This document shows, piece by piece, positions 7,998-17,630 of a DNA stretch of 64,000 nt. The stretch comes from an uncultured Planctomycetota bacterium (GTDB taxonomy: Bacteria > Planctomycetota > Planctomycetia > Isosphaerales > Isosphaeraceae). Made by a program: the position numbers and the translations under genes. How positions within the stretch are numbered: the first letter of the stretch is position 1; every line of letters starts with the position of its first letter. The notes under the pieces are model-generated. The model ran no database searches. It was not told the DNA's origin and was given only the letters and a program-made list of their open reading frames with translations. The stretch is taken from the NCBI GenBank assembly GCA_963737655.1, contig CAVTTN010000002.1, positions 7,264,001 to 7,328,000 of the forward strand. Reading direction: 5' to 3'.

Positions 7998-10307
7998 TCA
8001 GCGGGTCTGTTGCGCGGCGATCAACGAGTCAAACGAAGCTTTGCGGTTCGATCGGGGAGGGCGGGCTCGGGCCCAGAGCGTCTCCAGGTCGGTGGCCGTC
8101 CGGATGGCCTCGGCGACCTCGGCGGGGCGCCCGGTGGCCGGGAAGGCATCCACGAGGGCCAGGGCCGATCGCGTGCTGTCGTCGAGCAGCGGCTCCTTAT
8201 CGGGATATTTCTGGGCGGCTCGCCGCGCGACCCCGGCCCATCGCAGGGCGTACTCTTGAGCGTCCCGCTCCTGGCCGAGCTTTCGGGAGACTTCCGCACG
8301 TTTTTCGAACGGGCCGCTCAGCGCCGCCCGCTCGTTGTCTCCGTCGAGAGCGTCCTCGCCAAGCGATCGGGCCACCTCCTCGTAATCCTGGAGTACCTCG
8401 AGAGTGTCCTCCAGACGGCCGAGTTGTTCGAGGTTCTTGACCCGATACCAGAAGGCGTCCAGTTGATGGAAGACGATGCCCCGGTCGTCCTTCCTCTGGG
8501 ACCGCAAGCGAGCGAGGATCGGGACGAGCTCGGCGTGGACCTGCTCGGCTTCACGGAAAGCCCCTCGGAGGGGAAGCAGGAGTGTGAGATATCGCTTCGC
8601 GAGTAGAAGCTTGTACCCCCGGACGAACGAGAGGTCCGACTGGCCGTGGAGCGAGGCCATCATCTCTCGGGCGAGCGCCTCGGCGGGCTCGTCCAACTTC
8701 TTGTTGTGCAGGAGCCAGAACAGCGCCTCTTCCACTTCGAGGAGCTTGCCCTCGCGTTCGTCCGAATCGGGGTCGAGCCTCACGCCATGACGGTGGATCG
8801 AGCGGGCGGTCTCCAGCGCCAGCCTCGCGTCGGAGAAGGATTTGTGCAAGTGCAATTGCTTGGCAAGGGTGAACAGCTTGTCGGCCGCGCCGACGGTGGA
8901 TCGGGCGAAGGTTCGGGCCATCCACGGGTTGGGCCCGGGCTTTGCCCCGCGGAATCGGTCCGTCACGAGGACGAGGAACGCCCGATCTTCCGGGACCAGG
9001 GGATGCTCGAAGTCGGGCTGAAACGTGTTGACCCGCTCGGTCAGGGTCCCCAACTCCCGGTAGACGTCATCCGCCGATCGGGCGGGCGCCGCCGGAGAAT
9101 CCTGGGACTGCCAAGCGCTGAGGATCGCGGCGGACAGACCGCTGCCCAGGAGGACCAGGGCCACGCCCGCCCGGGCTGGTCCGCGTCGCAGCCATCGCCC
9201 CAGGCGGGCTGCCGGGCCGGGCAGGCGGGTTCGCAGAGGGGTGCCGTCGAGGAAGCATTCCAGGTCGGCGGACAGGTCGGCCGCCGATGCGTACCGCTCG
9301 GCGGGCTTGACTCGCAGGCATCGTGAGACGATCGCTTCCAGCCCGGGGGGAACGTCGGGGCGGAGCGTCTTCAGGGGGTGGGCGTCGCCTCTCGCGGCCC
9401 TCCCCAGCGTCTCCCACACCGATTCGCCGCGGTAGGGAGGCCGGCCGGTTAGCAACGCGAACAGGATTGCCCCCAGCCCGTGGATGTCGGCGGAGGGACC
9501 GACCGGGCCGAGCCCGGCGACCAGCCCCGTCTGCTCCGGGGCCATGGAGCTCGGCGTCCCGAGGATCAGTCCATTGCCCGTGAGCCTCGAGCCGTCGGCA
9601 TCCAGCGCCAGGCCGAAATCGACGAGCTTCGGCACCCGAGGAGGGCCGGGTTCGATCAGGACGTTCGACGGCTTCAAGTCGCGGTGGACGATCCCCAGCG
9701 CGTGGGCTTGAGACACGGCCCCAGCCAGGTCGGCCACGATCCTCGCGGCCTCCCGGAACTCCAGAGGCCCCCGATCGACCCATTGCTGGAGGGTGCCGCC
9801 CTCGACCCATTCCATCACGAGGTACGGGATGCCCTCGAACCGGCCAGTCCAGTGGACCGCCACGGCGTTGGCGTGCTTTAACGCGGCCATCGCGCGGGCC
9901 TCTCGGGCCACACGCTCCCGCGTCGAGGGCCCGAACCGCGAGAGCACCTTCACCGCCACGGCTCGGTTCAGGCCGTCTTGCAAGGCCCGGTACACGATCC
10001 CCATCCCGCCCCGGCCCACTTCCTCGAAAGCCGACAGCCCCGGGATCTCGGGCGGGGTCTCGACCTCGTCGTGCTCGAACTCCCGTCCGGCGATCGGATC
10101 GAGGATCGGCGAGAGGTCGGGCCTCGCCTCGCGCTTCGGTCCCAGGTCCAGCGGTCCGGCCAGGGAATCGAGGGTCTGGCGGCAGGACTCGCAGGTGTCC
10201 AGATGGCCTTCGAACACCTGGCGATCGGCCTCCGTCACCTCGTCCCCGAGCAGACGGAGCCAGGATTCGGGGGGCGGGCACTCGTCGGCCGACGAAGAGA
10301 GCCTCAT
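7998..10307 (-). CDS. Hanks-type Ser/Thr kinase with N-terminal zinc-finger anti-sigma-like motif, TM segment and helical C-terminus
   Basis: HLDTCESC; GRGGMG, AVKVL, HRDLKPSN, DFG, APE. Confidence 0.93.
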   Translation of the reverse strand: MRLSSSADECPPPESWLRLLGDEVTEADRQVFEGHLDTCESCRQTLDSLAGPLDLGPKREARPDLSPILDPIAGREFEHDEVETPPEIPGLSAFEEVGRGGMGIVYRALQDGLNRAVAVKVLSRFGPSTRERVAREARAMAALKHANAVAVHWTGRFEGIPYLVMEWVEGGTLQQWVDRGPLEFREAARIVADLAGAVSQAHALGIVHRDLKPSNVLIEPGPPRVPKLVDFGLALDADGSRLTGNGLILGTPSSMAPEQTGLVAGLGPVGPSADIHGLGAILFALLTGRPPYRGESVWETLGRAARGDAHPLKTLRPDVPPGLEAIVSRCLRVKPAERYASAADLSADLECFLDGTPLRTRLPGPAARLGRWLRRGPARAGVALVLLGSGLSAAILSAWQSQDSPAAPARSADDVYRELGTLTERVNTFQPDFEHPLVPEDRAFLVLVTDRFRGAKPGPNPWMARTFARSTVGAADKLFTLAKQLHLHKSFSDARLALETARSIHRHGVRLDPDSDEREGKLLEVEEALFWLLHNKKLDEPAEALAREMMASLHGQSDLSFVRGYKLLLAKRYLTLLLPLRGAFREAEQVHAELVPILARLRSQRKDDRGIVFHQLDAFWYRVKNLEQLGRLEDTLEVLQDYEEVARSLGEDALDGDNERAALSGPFEKRAEVSRKLGQERDAQEYALRWAGVARRAAQKYPDKEPLLDDSTRSALALVDAFPATGRPAEVAEAIRTATDLETLWARARPPRSNRKASFDSLIAAQQTR

Positions 10308-10902
10308 GCGGATCGATCGAGGGCCTCGATCTCCTCCCGGACCAGGCGCTGGACCTTGCTCTTGGCCGCGAACGTCGAACCCGGCGTCATCCCCAGCGTC
10401 TCGGCCGCGTCCTTGCCCGAGAGCCTCTCAATCGCGAGCAAGCGGAAGGCTTCCCAGGTCCGCGGCTCCACCCGTTCCCGGACCCGGAGCATCGCCACTT
10501 CGAGCAATTCGCGGTCGAATTCCGCCTCGATCCGGGCGGCTAACTCGTCGCGGTCGGGCAGTTCATGGAGGAGTCGGATGACCTCGCTATCGCCGCTTCC
10601 GTCCTGCCCCGTCCGCCTCTGCTCGACCCAGTCCGACAGCGCCGAGTGGACCACCGCCCTCAGCCAGCCTCGGAATCGTTTCGCGGGATCCTTGCGGAAC
10701 CGGCCCATGCTCTGAGCGAGCTGGACCAGGACTTCCTGAGTGACGTCGCGGGCATCGGCATCCTGGAGCCCGTGCTTGCGGCACCAGTCCACCAGATGAG
10801 GCCCGTACAGGTGGACGAACCGCGCCCAGGCGTCCGGATCCTCGGCGCCGCGCGGAGCCGACTCAACAATGCCAGGCTGGTGTCAGGACCGTGCAAGTAC
10901 AT
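10304..10902 (-). CDS. ECF sigma-70 factor (1-nt frameshift near 10845)
   Basis: TSLALLSRLR + (frame-corrected) PEDPDAWARFVHLYGP + DARDVTQEV, FRGWL, AAETLGM..STFAAKSKV; ATGA overlap with the kinase. Confidence 0.88.
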
Positions 10903-11053
10903 GAGGGTCGAGGCGAGGAGGACATTTCGTACACGACCTGGCGACGCTGGATCATGATAAAGGGGTTCCTTCTCCCCGGCACAGAGAATTCGAAAAAAAA
11001 CGTCTCGCGGTGCTGCTAACTTTCGACACGCCGACCCCTATAGAGGGGAGAGG

Positions 11054-11094
11054 CCCTGGACCGACGGCCCAGTGTTTCGGCCGACGGTCCAGGG
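11054..11094. other. GC-rich hairpin in the leader of the PEP-CTERM genes
   Basis: CCCTGGACCG-A-CGGCC ... GGCCG-A-CGGTCCAGGG. Confidence 0.5.
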
Positions 11095-11265
11095 GACGAA
11101 CCGGGTCCGCCCGGCAAGGCACGGTGACGTGTCGAGAATCGGCAACATCCCCGGCGAGCGACGTTCCGGCTCGACCTGGCCTTCCCCTTCTCCGCCCCGT
11201 TTCGCTCCCCACCGTGAACTCCGCCTTCGTCGATGAAGCCACACCTACCGATGCAGGAGATTTCG

Positions 11266-11892
11266 ATGCCTGGACGAATCTTTCGAGGGCTGGCGATCGC
11301 GCTCGGCCTGGTGTTCACGGCCGCGTCGGCCCGGGCCGACCTGGCGACATTTGAACTGACCTACGTCGGGGTCTTCGGCAGCACCGCGACGGGCTCGGCG
11401 ACGATCACGCTCGACCCGAGCCAGCTCAACAACCCCGGCTTCACCACCCAGGACACCAATCCCTTCGTGACGGATTTCTCGATCACCATCGCGGGGGCGA
11501 GCTCGGGCAATGGCACGTTCGGGTTCGCGGACTTCAACGGCGCCTTCTTTGGCGGCTTCGAGTTCGACACGAACGGAGGGACACTCGACTTCACCCAGGA
11601 ATTGATCGGTCAGCCGACATCGGGCAATCCCTTCGGCTCCTCGTTCTTCTCCGGCAGCAACGGAGGCGACTTCACCATCTTCTCCACCGGCTACGATCCT
11701 GCGGCCCCAAACGACATCGACAACTTCATCATCGGAACCAACGGCGGATCTGGCGATCTACTGCTCCTGACGAGCTTCGCGCCAGTGTCCTCCGTGCCCG
11801 AGCCGGCCAGCCTCACGCTCGTGGGTCTAGGCTTGACCGGCCTCATCTCCCGGATGGTTCGCGAACGGCGACGTCGCCCCGCCCGTGCCTGA
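11266..11892 (+). CDS. PEP-CTERM sorting-domain surface protein 1
   Basis: AGGAG RBS; signal peptide ending ARA-D; VPEPASLTLVGLGLTGL followed by RERRRR. Confidence 0.92.
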   Translation: MPGRIFRGLAIALGLVFTAASARADLATFELTYVGVFGSTATGSATITLDPSQLNNPGFTTQDTNPFVTDFSITIAGASSGNGTFGFADFNGAFFGGFEFDTNGGTLDFTQELIGQPTSGNPFGSSFFSGSNGGDFTIFSTGYDPAAPNDIDNFIIGTNGGSGDLLLLTSFAPVSSVPEPASLTLVGLGLTGLISRMVRERRRRPARA

Positions 11893-11899
11893 TTCTCCC

Positions 11900-11937
11900 C
11901 CGATGCCGACCCGACGACGGAGTCGGGCGGCATCGTC
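11900..11937 (+). repeat. 38-bp bulged hairpin, copy 1
   Basis: CCGATGCCGACCCGACGACGGAGTCGGGCGGCATCGTC, identical to 12679-12716. Confidence 0.95.
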
Positions 11938-12013
11938 TGGCCGTTTCCGAGACGACTTCGTTTCGGAACCACTCCCCGAGTTCCCTTCCCGACTGAGACC
12001 CGAGCAACCCTCC

Positions 12014-12670
12014 ATGCGACCCACCACCAAGCGCCTTCGGAAGAGCGTCGTCCTCGCTTCATTCCTCCTCGCCGGAGTGAGCCAGGCCCGCGCTGACACG
12101 ATCACCTACGACACGACCCCGTTCGCCGGGCAGACCACCGACCTCACGAGCGTCGGCAACGTCTATTCCTTCCCGTTCACGGACAGCTACGGCAATGTCC
12201 TCCATGACAGCGCCAACGCCGAGAATGCTTACACGGACTCCATCATCGAAGGCCTCGGTTGGATCTTCGGGGCCCCCTTCGTCGATGAACTCCACTCCAC
12301 GCTGACCTTCACTCTGGCCTCGGCCACGACCAAGATCGGCTTCGCGTTCGACACGGGCGAGGGCTCGGACGCGGACTATCTGACCACGGCGACGTTCAGC
12401 GACGGGGTCTTCACCGACACCTTCACCGGCGGCCCGAGCGATCAGCCGAATTCCGTCCCGTTCATGAGCTTTACCGACGATCGCCCCTTCACCGCGGTGA
12501 CGCTGAGTTTCAACTACGAGGATTCCAAGACTCCCGAAGTGATGACCAGCTTCACCACGGCCGCTACACGGTCCGTCCCCGAGCCCGCCAGCGTGGGCCT
12601 GGTTGGCCTCGGTCTGGCCGGGATCGCCGCCAGGGCGGTCCGCAAGCGGAAGGGCCACGAGAACGTCTGA
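12014..12670 (+). CDS. PEP-CTERM sorting-domain surface protein 2
   Basis: Signal peptide ending ARA-D; VPEPASVGLVGLGLAGIAA followed by RKRK. Confidence 0.92.
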   Translation: MRPTTKRLRKSVVLASFLLAGVSQARADTITYDTTPFAGQTTDLTSVGNVYSFPFTDSYGNVLHDSANAENAYTDSIIEGLGWIFGAPFVDELHSTLTFTLASATTKIGFAFDTGEGSDADYLTTATFSDGVFTDTFTGGPSDQPNSVPFMSFTDDRPFTAVTLSFNYEDSKTPEVMTSFTTAATRSVPEPASVGLVGLGLAGIAARAVRKRKGHENV

Positions 12671-12678
12671 GACCCCGG

Positions 12679-12716
12679 CCGATGCCGACCCGACGACGGA
12701 GTCGGGCGGCATCGTC
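12679..12716 (+). repeat. 38-bp bulged hairpin, copy 2
   Basis: Identical to 11900-11937; starts 8 nt after the stop codon. Confidence 0.95.
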
Positions 12717-12734
12717 GGGCCGCCTCGCAGGCCA

Positions 12735-14357
12735 TCACGGCGCCTTTGGCGGCAACGTCTCCGGGACCGGCAGGACCGGCTCGGGTTCCATCACGAAGAA
12801 CCGCGCCAGGGCGGCCCGGGCGCGGATCGGGTCGGTTTCGGTGCCGATCTCGGGCACGTCGAGCAGCTCGGCGGCGTCGTAGACCTCGGGCAATTCCGGG
12901 GCATCCACCCGGCCGAACGCCTCGTGGATCAGCTTCCGGCCGATCCCGAGCTTCCTCGCCACGCCCTCGGCCAGGTCGAGCCGGACGAGGTGCCGCCTCT
13001 GCCATCGCGCGATCTCGTCGGCCAGGGCGACGTGGCGGAGCCTCTGGAGCCAGGGGACGAGATAGACCTTCTCCTCCTCGGCGCTCATCTTCGGGACGCC
13101 GTAGGCAAACAGCGAATCGACCCTGGGCTGATGGACGATCAGCAGGCCAATTTCGATCGCCAGCCAGGTCAGGGCCCCGAGCCGGGTCAACGGCCGAGAC
13201 TGCCTCTGCGGGTTCCACGCCCGGCCCCACCACCCGGCGAGGAACAGGACCATCCCGAGGTCCGGGATCGTGTCATACCACGGGACCACCACGCCGCGAA
13301 GGCTCGAAAACGGCAAGTAGCCCCGGAAGCTCCACTCGACATAATACGAAGCGAGCAAGATCGTCCCGCCGGCCGCCTCCAGGGGAGACGGCCGCCAGGT
13401 CGGACGCAACGACCAGACCCAGAGGCCGAGGATCGCCGCCGAGAGCACCATGCCCTGGATCGGCGTGGTCTCGGGCGTGAGCCCGAGGTTGCCGCAAACG
13501 AGCGTCTCGGGGATGGCCTGGAACGTGTGAGTGGCCCCGGTCACGAAATTGACCGCGTCCTTCGCCGTCCGGCCGTGGAAACTGATCTTCGCGTTCATCC
13601 GGGGCCCGCCCACGACGGCCGCCACGAGGACCGCGAAGGCCGTGGTCCCCAGGGGGACCAGGCTGGCGATCCTCGCCTTCTTCCGCCCATCGGCGAGCAA
13701 GTACGCCGCTCCCGCCGGGCCGGCGACGTGGCCGATCGTCCACATCCCGCCCGCCACCCAGGCCGAAATCGCCGCCAGGACGAGGTCGCGGGCCCGACCC
13801 GTCCGCCTCCAGCCCTGCAAGTACCAGAGGGTCGCCAGGATGCCGAACCCGGCCCACAACGTTTGACCGGCCGAATACCACGTCGCCGCCCTCATCAGCA
13901 CCGAGGTCGTCCCCACGGCCGAGGCCGAGACCAGCCCGGCCAGCGTCGATCGCGTCTCCCTCGTCACGATCCGGGCGGTCAGGAGGATGGCCGCGACCAG
14001 GATCGCATAGGAGCACCCCGCCAGGACCGTCTGCAAGTTCCCCAGCCTCCCGGCCGTCGCCATCACGACCCAGGTCAGCATCCGCCAGGCCGGGACCACG
14101 TGCGTATTGTGGGGGATGAAGAGGTTCGAGACGGCCTTGGAGAAGCTCCTCGAGGCGCCGAGATACGCGAAATCGTCGCTGTGGAGCCGGTAGGTGCTCA
14201 GGGGATCGGCGAAAAGGTAGGCCGGGGCGAACACGGCGACCGCCGCCAAAGCCACGACGATCGGGCGGCCCGCCGGGCGATCGAGGACGCGAGGGCTGGG
14301 TTCGGTCGTCGCCACGAGCGGGCTCGCCTCCGGGACGGGTCGCGGGTCTCTCGTCAT
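12735..14357 (-). CDS. Polytopic membrane protein, putative GT-C-fold glycosyltransferase (paralog A)
   Basis: Many hydrophobic segments; DDFAY...LFIPHNTHVVP after the first TM. Confidence 0.7.
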   Translation of the reverse strand: MTRDPRPVPEASPLVATTEPSPRVLDRPAGRPIVVALAAVAVFAPAYLFADPLSTYRLHSDDFAYLGASRSFSKAVSNLFIPHNTHVVPAWRMLTWVVMATAGRLGNLQTVLAGCSYAILVAAILLTARIVTRETRSTLAGLVSASAVGTTSVLMRAATWYSAGQTLWAGFGILATLWYLQGWRRTGRARDLVLAAISAWVAGGMWTIGHVAGPAGAAYLLADGRKKARIASLVPLGTTAFAVLVAAVVGGPRMNAKISFHGRTAKDAVNFVTGATHTFQAIPETLVCGNLGLTPETTPIQGMVLSAAILGLWVWSLRPTWRPSPLEAAGGTILLASYYVEWSFRGYLPFSSLRGVVVPWYDTIPDLGMVLFLAGWWGRAWNPQRQSRPLTRLGALTWLAIEIGLLIVHQPRVDSLFAYGVPKMSAEEEKVYLVPWLQRLRHVALADEIARWQRRHLVRLDLAEGVARKLGIGRKLIHEAFGRVDAPELPEVYDAAELLDVPEIGTETDPIRARAALARFFVMEPEPVLPVPETLPPKAP

Positions 14358-14380
14358 GATCGCGGGGGCTCCGCCTCGAT

Positions 14381-15880
14381 TCAAGGTCGGAGCGAGGCGG
14401 GAAGCACGTCACTCAGGGCGTCGCGGACCCGTTCCGGGGGTCCGCCGCCGTCGCCTTCTCCCTCGGGGATGCGGAGCAGGTCCAGGGCGTCAAGCTCGGC
14501 GACCTCCCGGGGCCAACCCGGCACGACGACCCTCCCGAACGCGGCCCGGATCGCCTTTCGGCCGATCCCCTGCCGACGGGCCACCGCCTCCACCCGATCG
14601 AGCCCGGCCAGGGCCTCCTTCTGACGGGCCGAATCGGCCGAGACCCGGCCAATCGCGGCGATCCGGGCCTCCTCGGTCACCGGAGGGCCCGACCCTCGAT
14701 CCGCCACGCGGAGCCTGGCGGCCCTGGGAACCTGGACGGCGAGCAGGCAAGCCACGAAAGCCACGACGGCCAGCGAATCTCGGGCCGAAATCCCCGGAAC
14801 GATCGACCGGGGCAGCCTGCGAAGGCCGTCCCACCAACCGATCGCGAACAGGACCGCGCCGACATGGGGCAACGTATTGTACCACTGGAGGTCGCGGAGG
14901 CTTTCGAACCCGAGTTCGCCCCGGAAGGTGAAGGCCATCCCATAGGCAAGGACCACGATCGTCGCCCCCGAGGCTTCCAAAGAGTTCGGGACCGCCTTGC
15001 GCGAGAAAAGCCAGGCAAAGCCAAGAACCGAGCTCAGGACCAGCCCCTGACCGACCGTGGTGGCGGCGTCCAGGCCGAGGTTGTTCAGGATCAGGCATTC
15101 GGGGATGGCCCGGGAGGTGTGGGAAAGCCCTCGGATTGGCAAGACGTAAAGGCGTGTTTTCCGCGTTCCAGACGTTTCATTCGCGGTGCTTCGGCGGAAA
15201 TGGGGCGTAAGCCATACGCATACGCTCAAAATCAGCGTAAGGAAGAGGGCGGACGCCATGATTGTGGGCCGAGAACGCCCCTCGCGCCGGGACGCCCCGA
15301 GGAACGCCCAGGCCGCCGGGACGGCCACGAACCCGCCCGCCCAGAGGCTCGGCGCGGCCAGGGCGGCCAGGCAGGCGGCGACCATTCGGAGCCGGCCGCC
15401 CCGGTCCCGCCAGGACCGGACGGCCAGGAGGGTCCCAAGGATGGCCAGGGCTGCCCAGAGCGTCTGACCGGCCGAAAACCACGTGCTCGAAAGCTCCAGG
15501 GCCGTCGATCCGCCCAGCCAGGCCATCGCGATCAGGCCGGCGGCCGGGCTTCCGGTCTCTCCTCGGACGAGCCGACCGGCGGCGATCATGACCAGGCCGA
15601 GCATCCCCATCGTCGCCAGGACCAGCGCCCCCGGCAGGTTTTCCAGGGACCCGGCGAGCCCGGCCACGGCGAACGTGCCGAGGCGGAACAGGGGGACGAC
15701 GTGGGCGTTATGGGGCCGAAACAGGTTCCTCTTCAGGGCGCCGGGCGACCTCGATTCGGCGACGTAGGCGAAATCGTCGAGGATCAGGGCCGGGGCCCTC
15801 AGGCGATCGGCCATCAGCCAGGCCGGGGCGGCGAGGATCGCGATCGTCAAGCAGACCTCGCGGGACCGGCCGGCGGTCAT
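14381..15880 (-). CDS. Polytopic membrane protein, putative GT-C-fold glycosyltransferase (paralog B)
   Basis: DDFAY...LFRPHNAHVVP, W(F/Y)SAGQTLWA, NLGL and FRG shared with paralog A; ATGA overlap with the recN stop. Confidence 0.7.
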   Translation of the reverse strand: MTAGRSREVCLTIAILAAPAWLMADRLRAPALILDDFAYVAESRSPGALKRNLFRPHNAHVVPLFRLGTFAVAGLAGSLENLPGALVLATMGMLGLVMIAAGRLVRGETGSPAAGLIAMAWLGGSTALELSSTWFSAGQTLWAALAILGTLLAVRSWRDRGGRLRMVAACLAALAAPSLWAGGFVAVPAAWAFLGASRREGRSRPTIMASALFLTLILSVCVWLTPHFRRSTANETSGTRKTRLYVLPIRGLSHTSRAIPECLILNNLGLDAATTVGQGLVLSSVLGFAWLFSRKAVPNSLEASGATIVVLAYGMAFTFRGELGFESLRDLQWYNTLPHVGAVLFAIGWWDGLRRLPRSIVPGISARDSLAVVAFVACLLAVQVPRAARLRVADRGSGPPVTEEARIAAIGRVSADSARQKEALAGLDRVEAVARRQGIGRKAIRAAFGRVVVPGWPREVAELDALDLLRIPEGEGDGGGPPERVRDALSDVLPASLRP

Positions 15881-17574
15881 GACGCGGCCTGGGCCTCGGC
15901 GAGCATCGCCAGGACTTCGGTCCGGGTCGTCTCGGCCGCCGAATCCCCCCGGAGCATCGCGGCGAGCTCCCCCACCCGGTCGTCGTCGGTCAGCCGGGCG
16001 ATCGTGGTCCTCGTCTTGCCCCGGGTCACCTGCTTGCGGATCACCCATTGGTGGCGGGCGAAGCTGGCCATCTGCGGAAGATGCGTGATGCACAGGACCT
16101 GGCGATGCCGCGAGAGATCGGCCAGGGTCCGGCCCAGCATGGCCCCGAGACGGCCGCCCACGCCGGTGTCGATCTCGTCGAAAACCAGCGTGGGGATGCG
16201 ATCCACCTCGGCCAGGACCGTCTTGGCCGCGAGGGTGACCCTCGACAGCTCGCCGCCCGAGGCGATCTTGCGAAGCGGTCGCGGGGGCTCGCCGGGGTTC
16301 GGCGAGAAGACGAATTCCACCCGGTCGGCGCCGGCCTGGCCCGGGGTCGGGGAGAGGGGGTCGTCGGGCAGGTCGATCGGCTCGACCTCGACGGCGATCC
16401 TCGCCTCGGCCAGGCAGAGGCCCTTCAGCTGGGCCTGGACGGCCCTGGCGAATTCCTTGCCGGCCTTGCGGCGGGCGGTGGTCAGCGCCTTCGCCGCGTC
16501 CCGGAGCTCGGCCCAGGCCGAGGCGATCGGGCCATCGAGCCCGGCGAGGTCCGCCTCGTCGCGGTCGAGCGCCTCGAGCTGGCGGCTCACGGCCTCTCGG
16601 CGGACGGCCAGCTCGTCGGGCGAGCAGCGGAACCGGGCGGCCAGGCGACGGTAGAGGGCCAGCCTCGCCTCGACTTCTTCGAGCCGATCGGGGTCGTCCT
16701 GCCAGTCGTCGCCGAGGTTCCGGAGCGAATAGGCGACCTCGCGGACCTCGTCGGACAGGCGTTCCAGGTCGGCGGCGGCGTCGGCCATCTCGGGGACGGT
16801 GGCCGCCAGGGTCCCGAGCTGGCGGGCGACCCGGCCGAGCAGCTCGTGGGCCGAGCGGTCGGCCTCGTAGAGCAGGCGATACCCCTCGGTCGAGGCCGAA
16901 CGGATTTGCTCGACGTTCGCCAGGAGGTGGGCTTCCTGGGTCAGCTCGTCATGTTCCCCGAGGCGGGGCTCGGCCGAGGCGAGCTCCTCATGCTCGAACA
17001 GGAGGAGGTCTCGCTCGCGGCCCCGGCGGTCGGCGGCTTCCTGGAGGGCGAGCCGGCGGCGGCGGAGGGCGTCGTGGGCGTCCCGTTTCGTCCGGTACGC
17101 GGCGACCAGCCGCTCGAGGCCGCCGTGGGCGTCGAGCAGGTCGCGCTGATGGTCGGGGTCGAGCAGGGCGCGGCCCTCGTCCTGGCCGTGGATGTCGATC
17201 AGCTTCGCGCCCAGGACGCGGAGCGTGGCGGCGGTCACCGGCAGGTCGTTCACCGTGGCCGAGCTCTTGCCCGAGGCGGCGATCCGGCGAGTGAGGATCA
17301 GTTCCTCACCGTCCAGGGAGCCGCCGAGGATGGCCTCCACGTCCTCGCGGAGCCGCGCATCGAGGATCTCGAAGACGGCGGCGGCGCGGGCCTCGGCCTT
17401 GCCGCTGCGAACGAGGTCCGCAGCGGCCTTGCCGCCCAGGACCAGGCCCAAAGCCGTCAGCAAGAGGCTCTTGCCCGCCCCGGTCTCGCCGGTCCAGACG
17501 CAATAGCCCGGCTGAAGCTCGACCCGAGCATCCTCGATGAGCGCCAGGTTCTGCACCGACAGCTCGCGGAGCAC
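15877..17574 (-). CDS. recN: DNA repair protein RecN
   Basis: GETGAGKS Walker A, IDIHGQ, ASGGELSR, VFDEIDTGVGG, CITHLPQ. Confidence 0.97.
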   Translation of the reverse strand: MLRELSVQNLALIEDARVELQPGYCVWTGETGAGKSLLLTALGLVLGGKAAADLVRSGKAEARAAAVFEILDARLREDVEAILGGSLDGEELILTRRIAASGKSSATVNDLPVTAATLRVLGAKLIDIHGQDEGRALLDPDHQRDLLDAHGGLERLVAAYRTKRDAHDALRRRRLALQEAADRRGRERDLLLFEHEELASAEPRLGEHDELTQEAHLLANVEQIRSASTEGYRLLYEADRSAHELLGRVARQLGTLAATVPEMADAAADLERLSDEVREVAYSLRNLGDDWQDDPDRLEEVEARLALYRRLAARFRCSPDELAVRREAVSRQLEALDRDEADLAGLDGPIASAWAELRDAAKALTTARRKAGKEFARAVQAQLKGLCLAEARIAVEVEPIDLPDDPLSPTPGQAGADRVEFVFSPNPGEPPRPLRKIASGGELSRVTLAAKTVLAEVDRIPTLVFDEIDTGVGGRLGAMLGRTLADLSRHRQVLCITHLPQMASFARHQWVIRKQVTRGKTRTTIARLTDDDRVGELAAMLRGDSAAETTRTEVLAMLAEAQAAS

Positions 17575-17630
17575 GAGGTTCCCCCTCCGTACCGGACCTT
17601 CTTTCACCCGATCGTTCGCGCCACGTCACG

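Noticed and set aside
11900..12716. CRISPR array or integron attC interpretation of the 38-bp repeat
   Set aside because: Only two copies, separated by a whole gene; no cas or intI gene; attC terminal consensus absent
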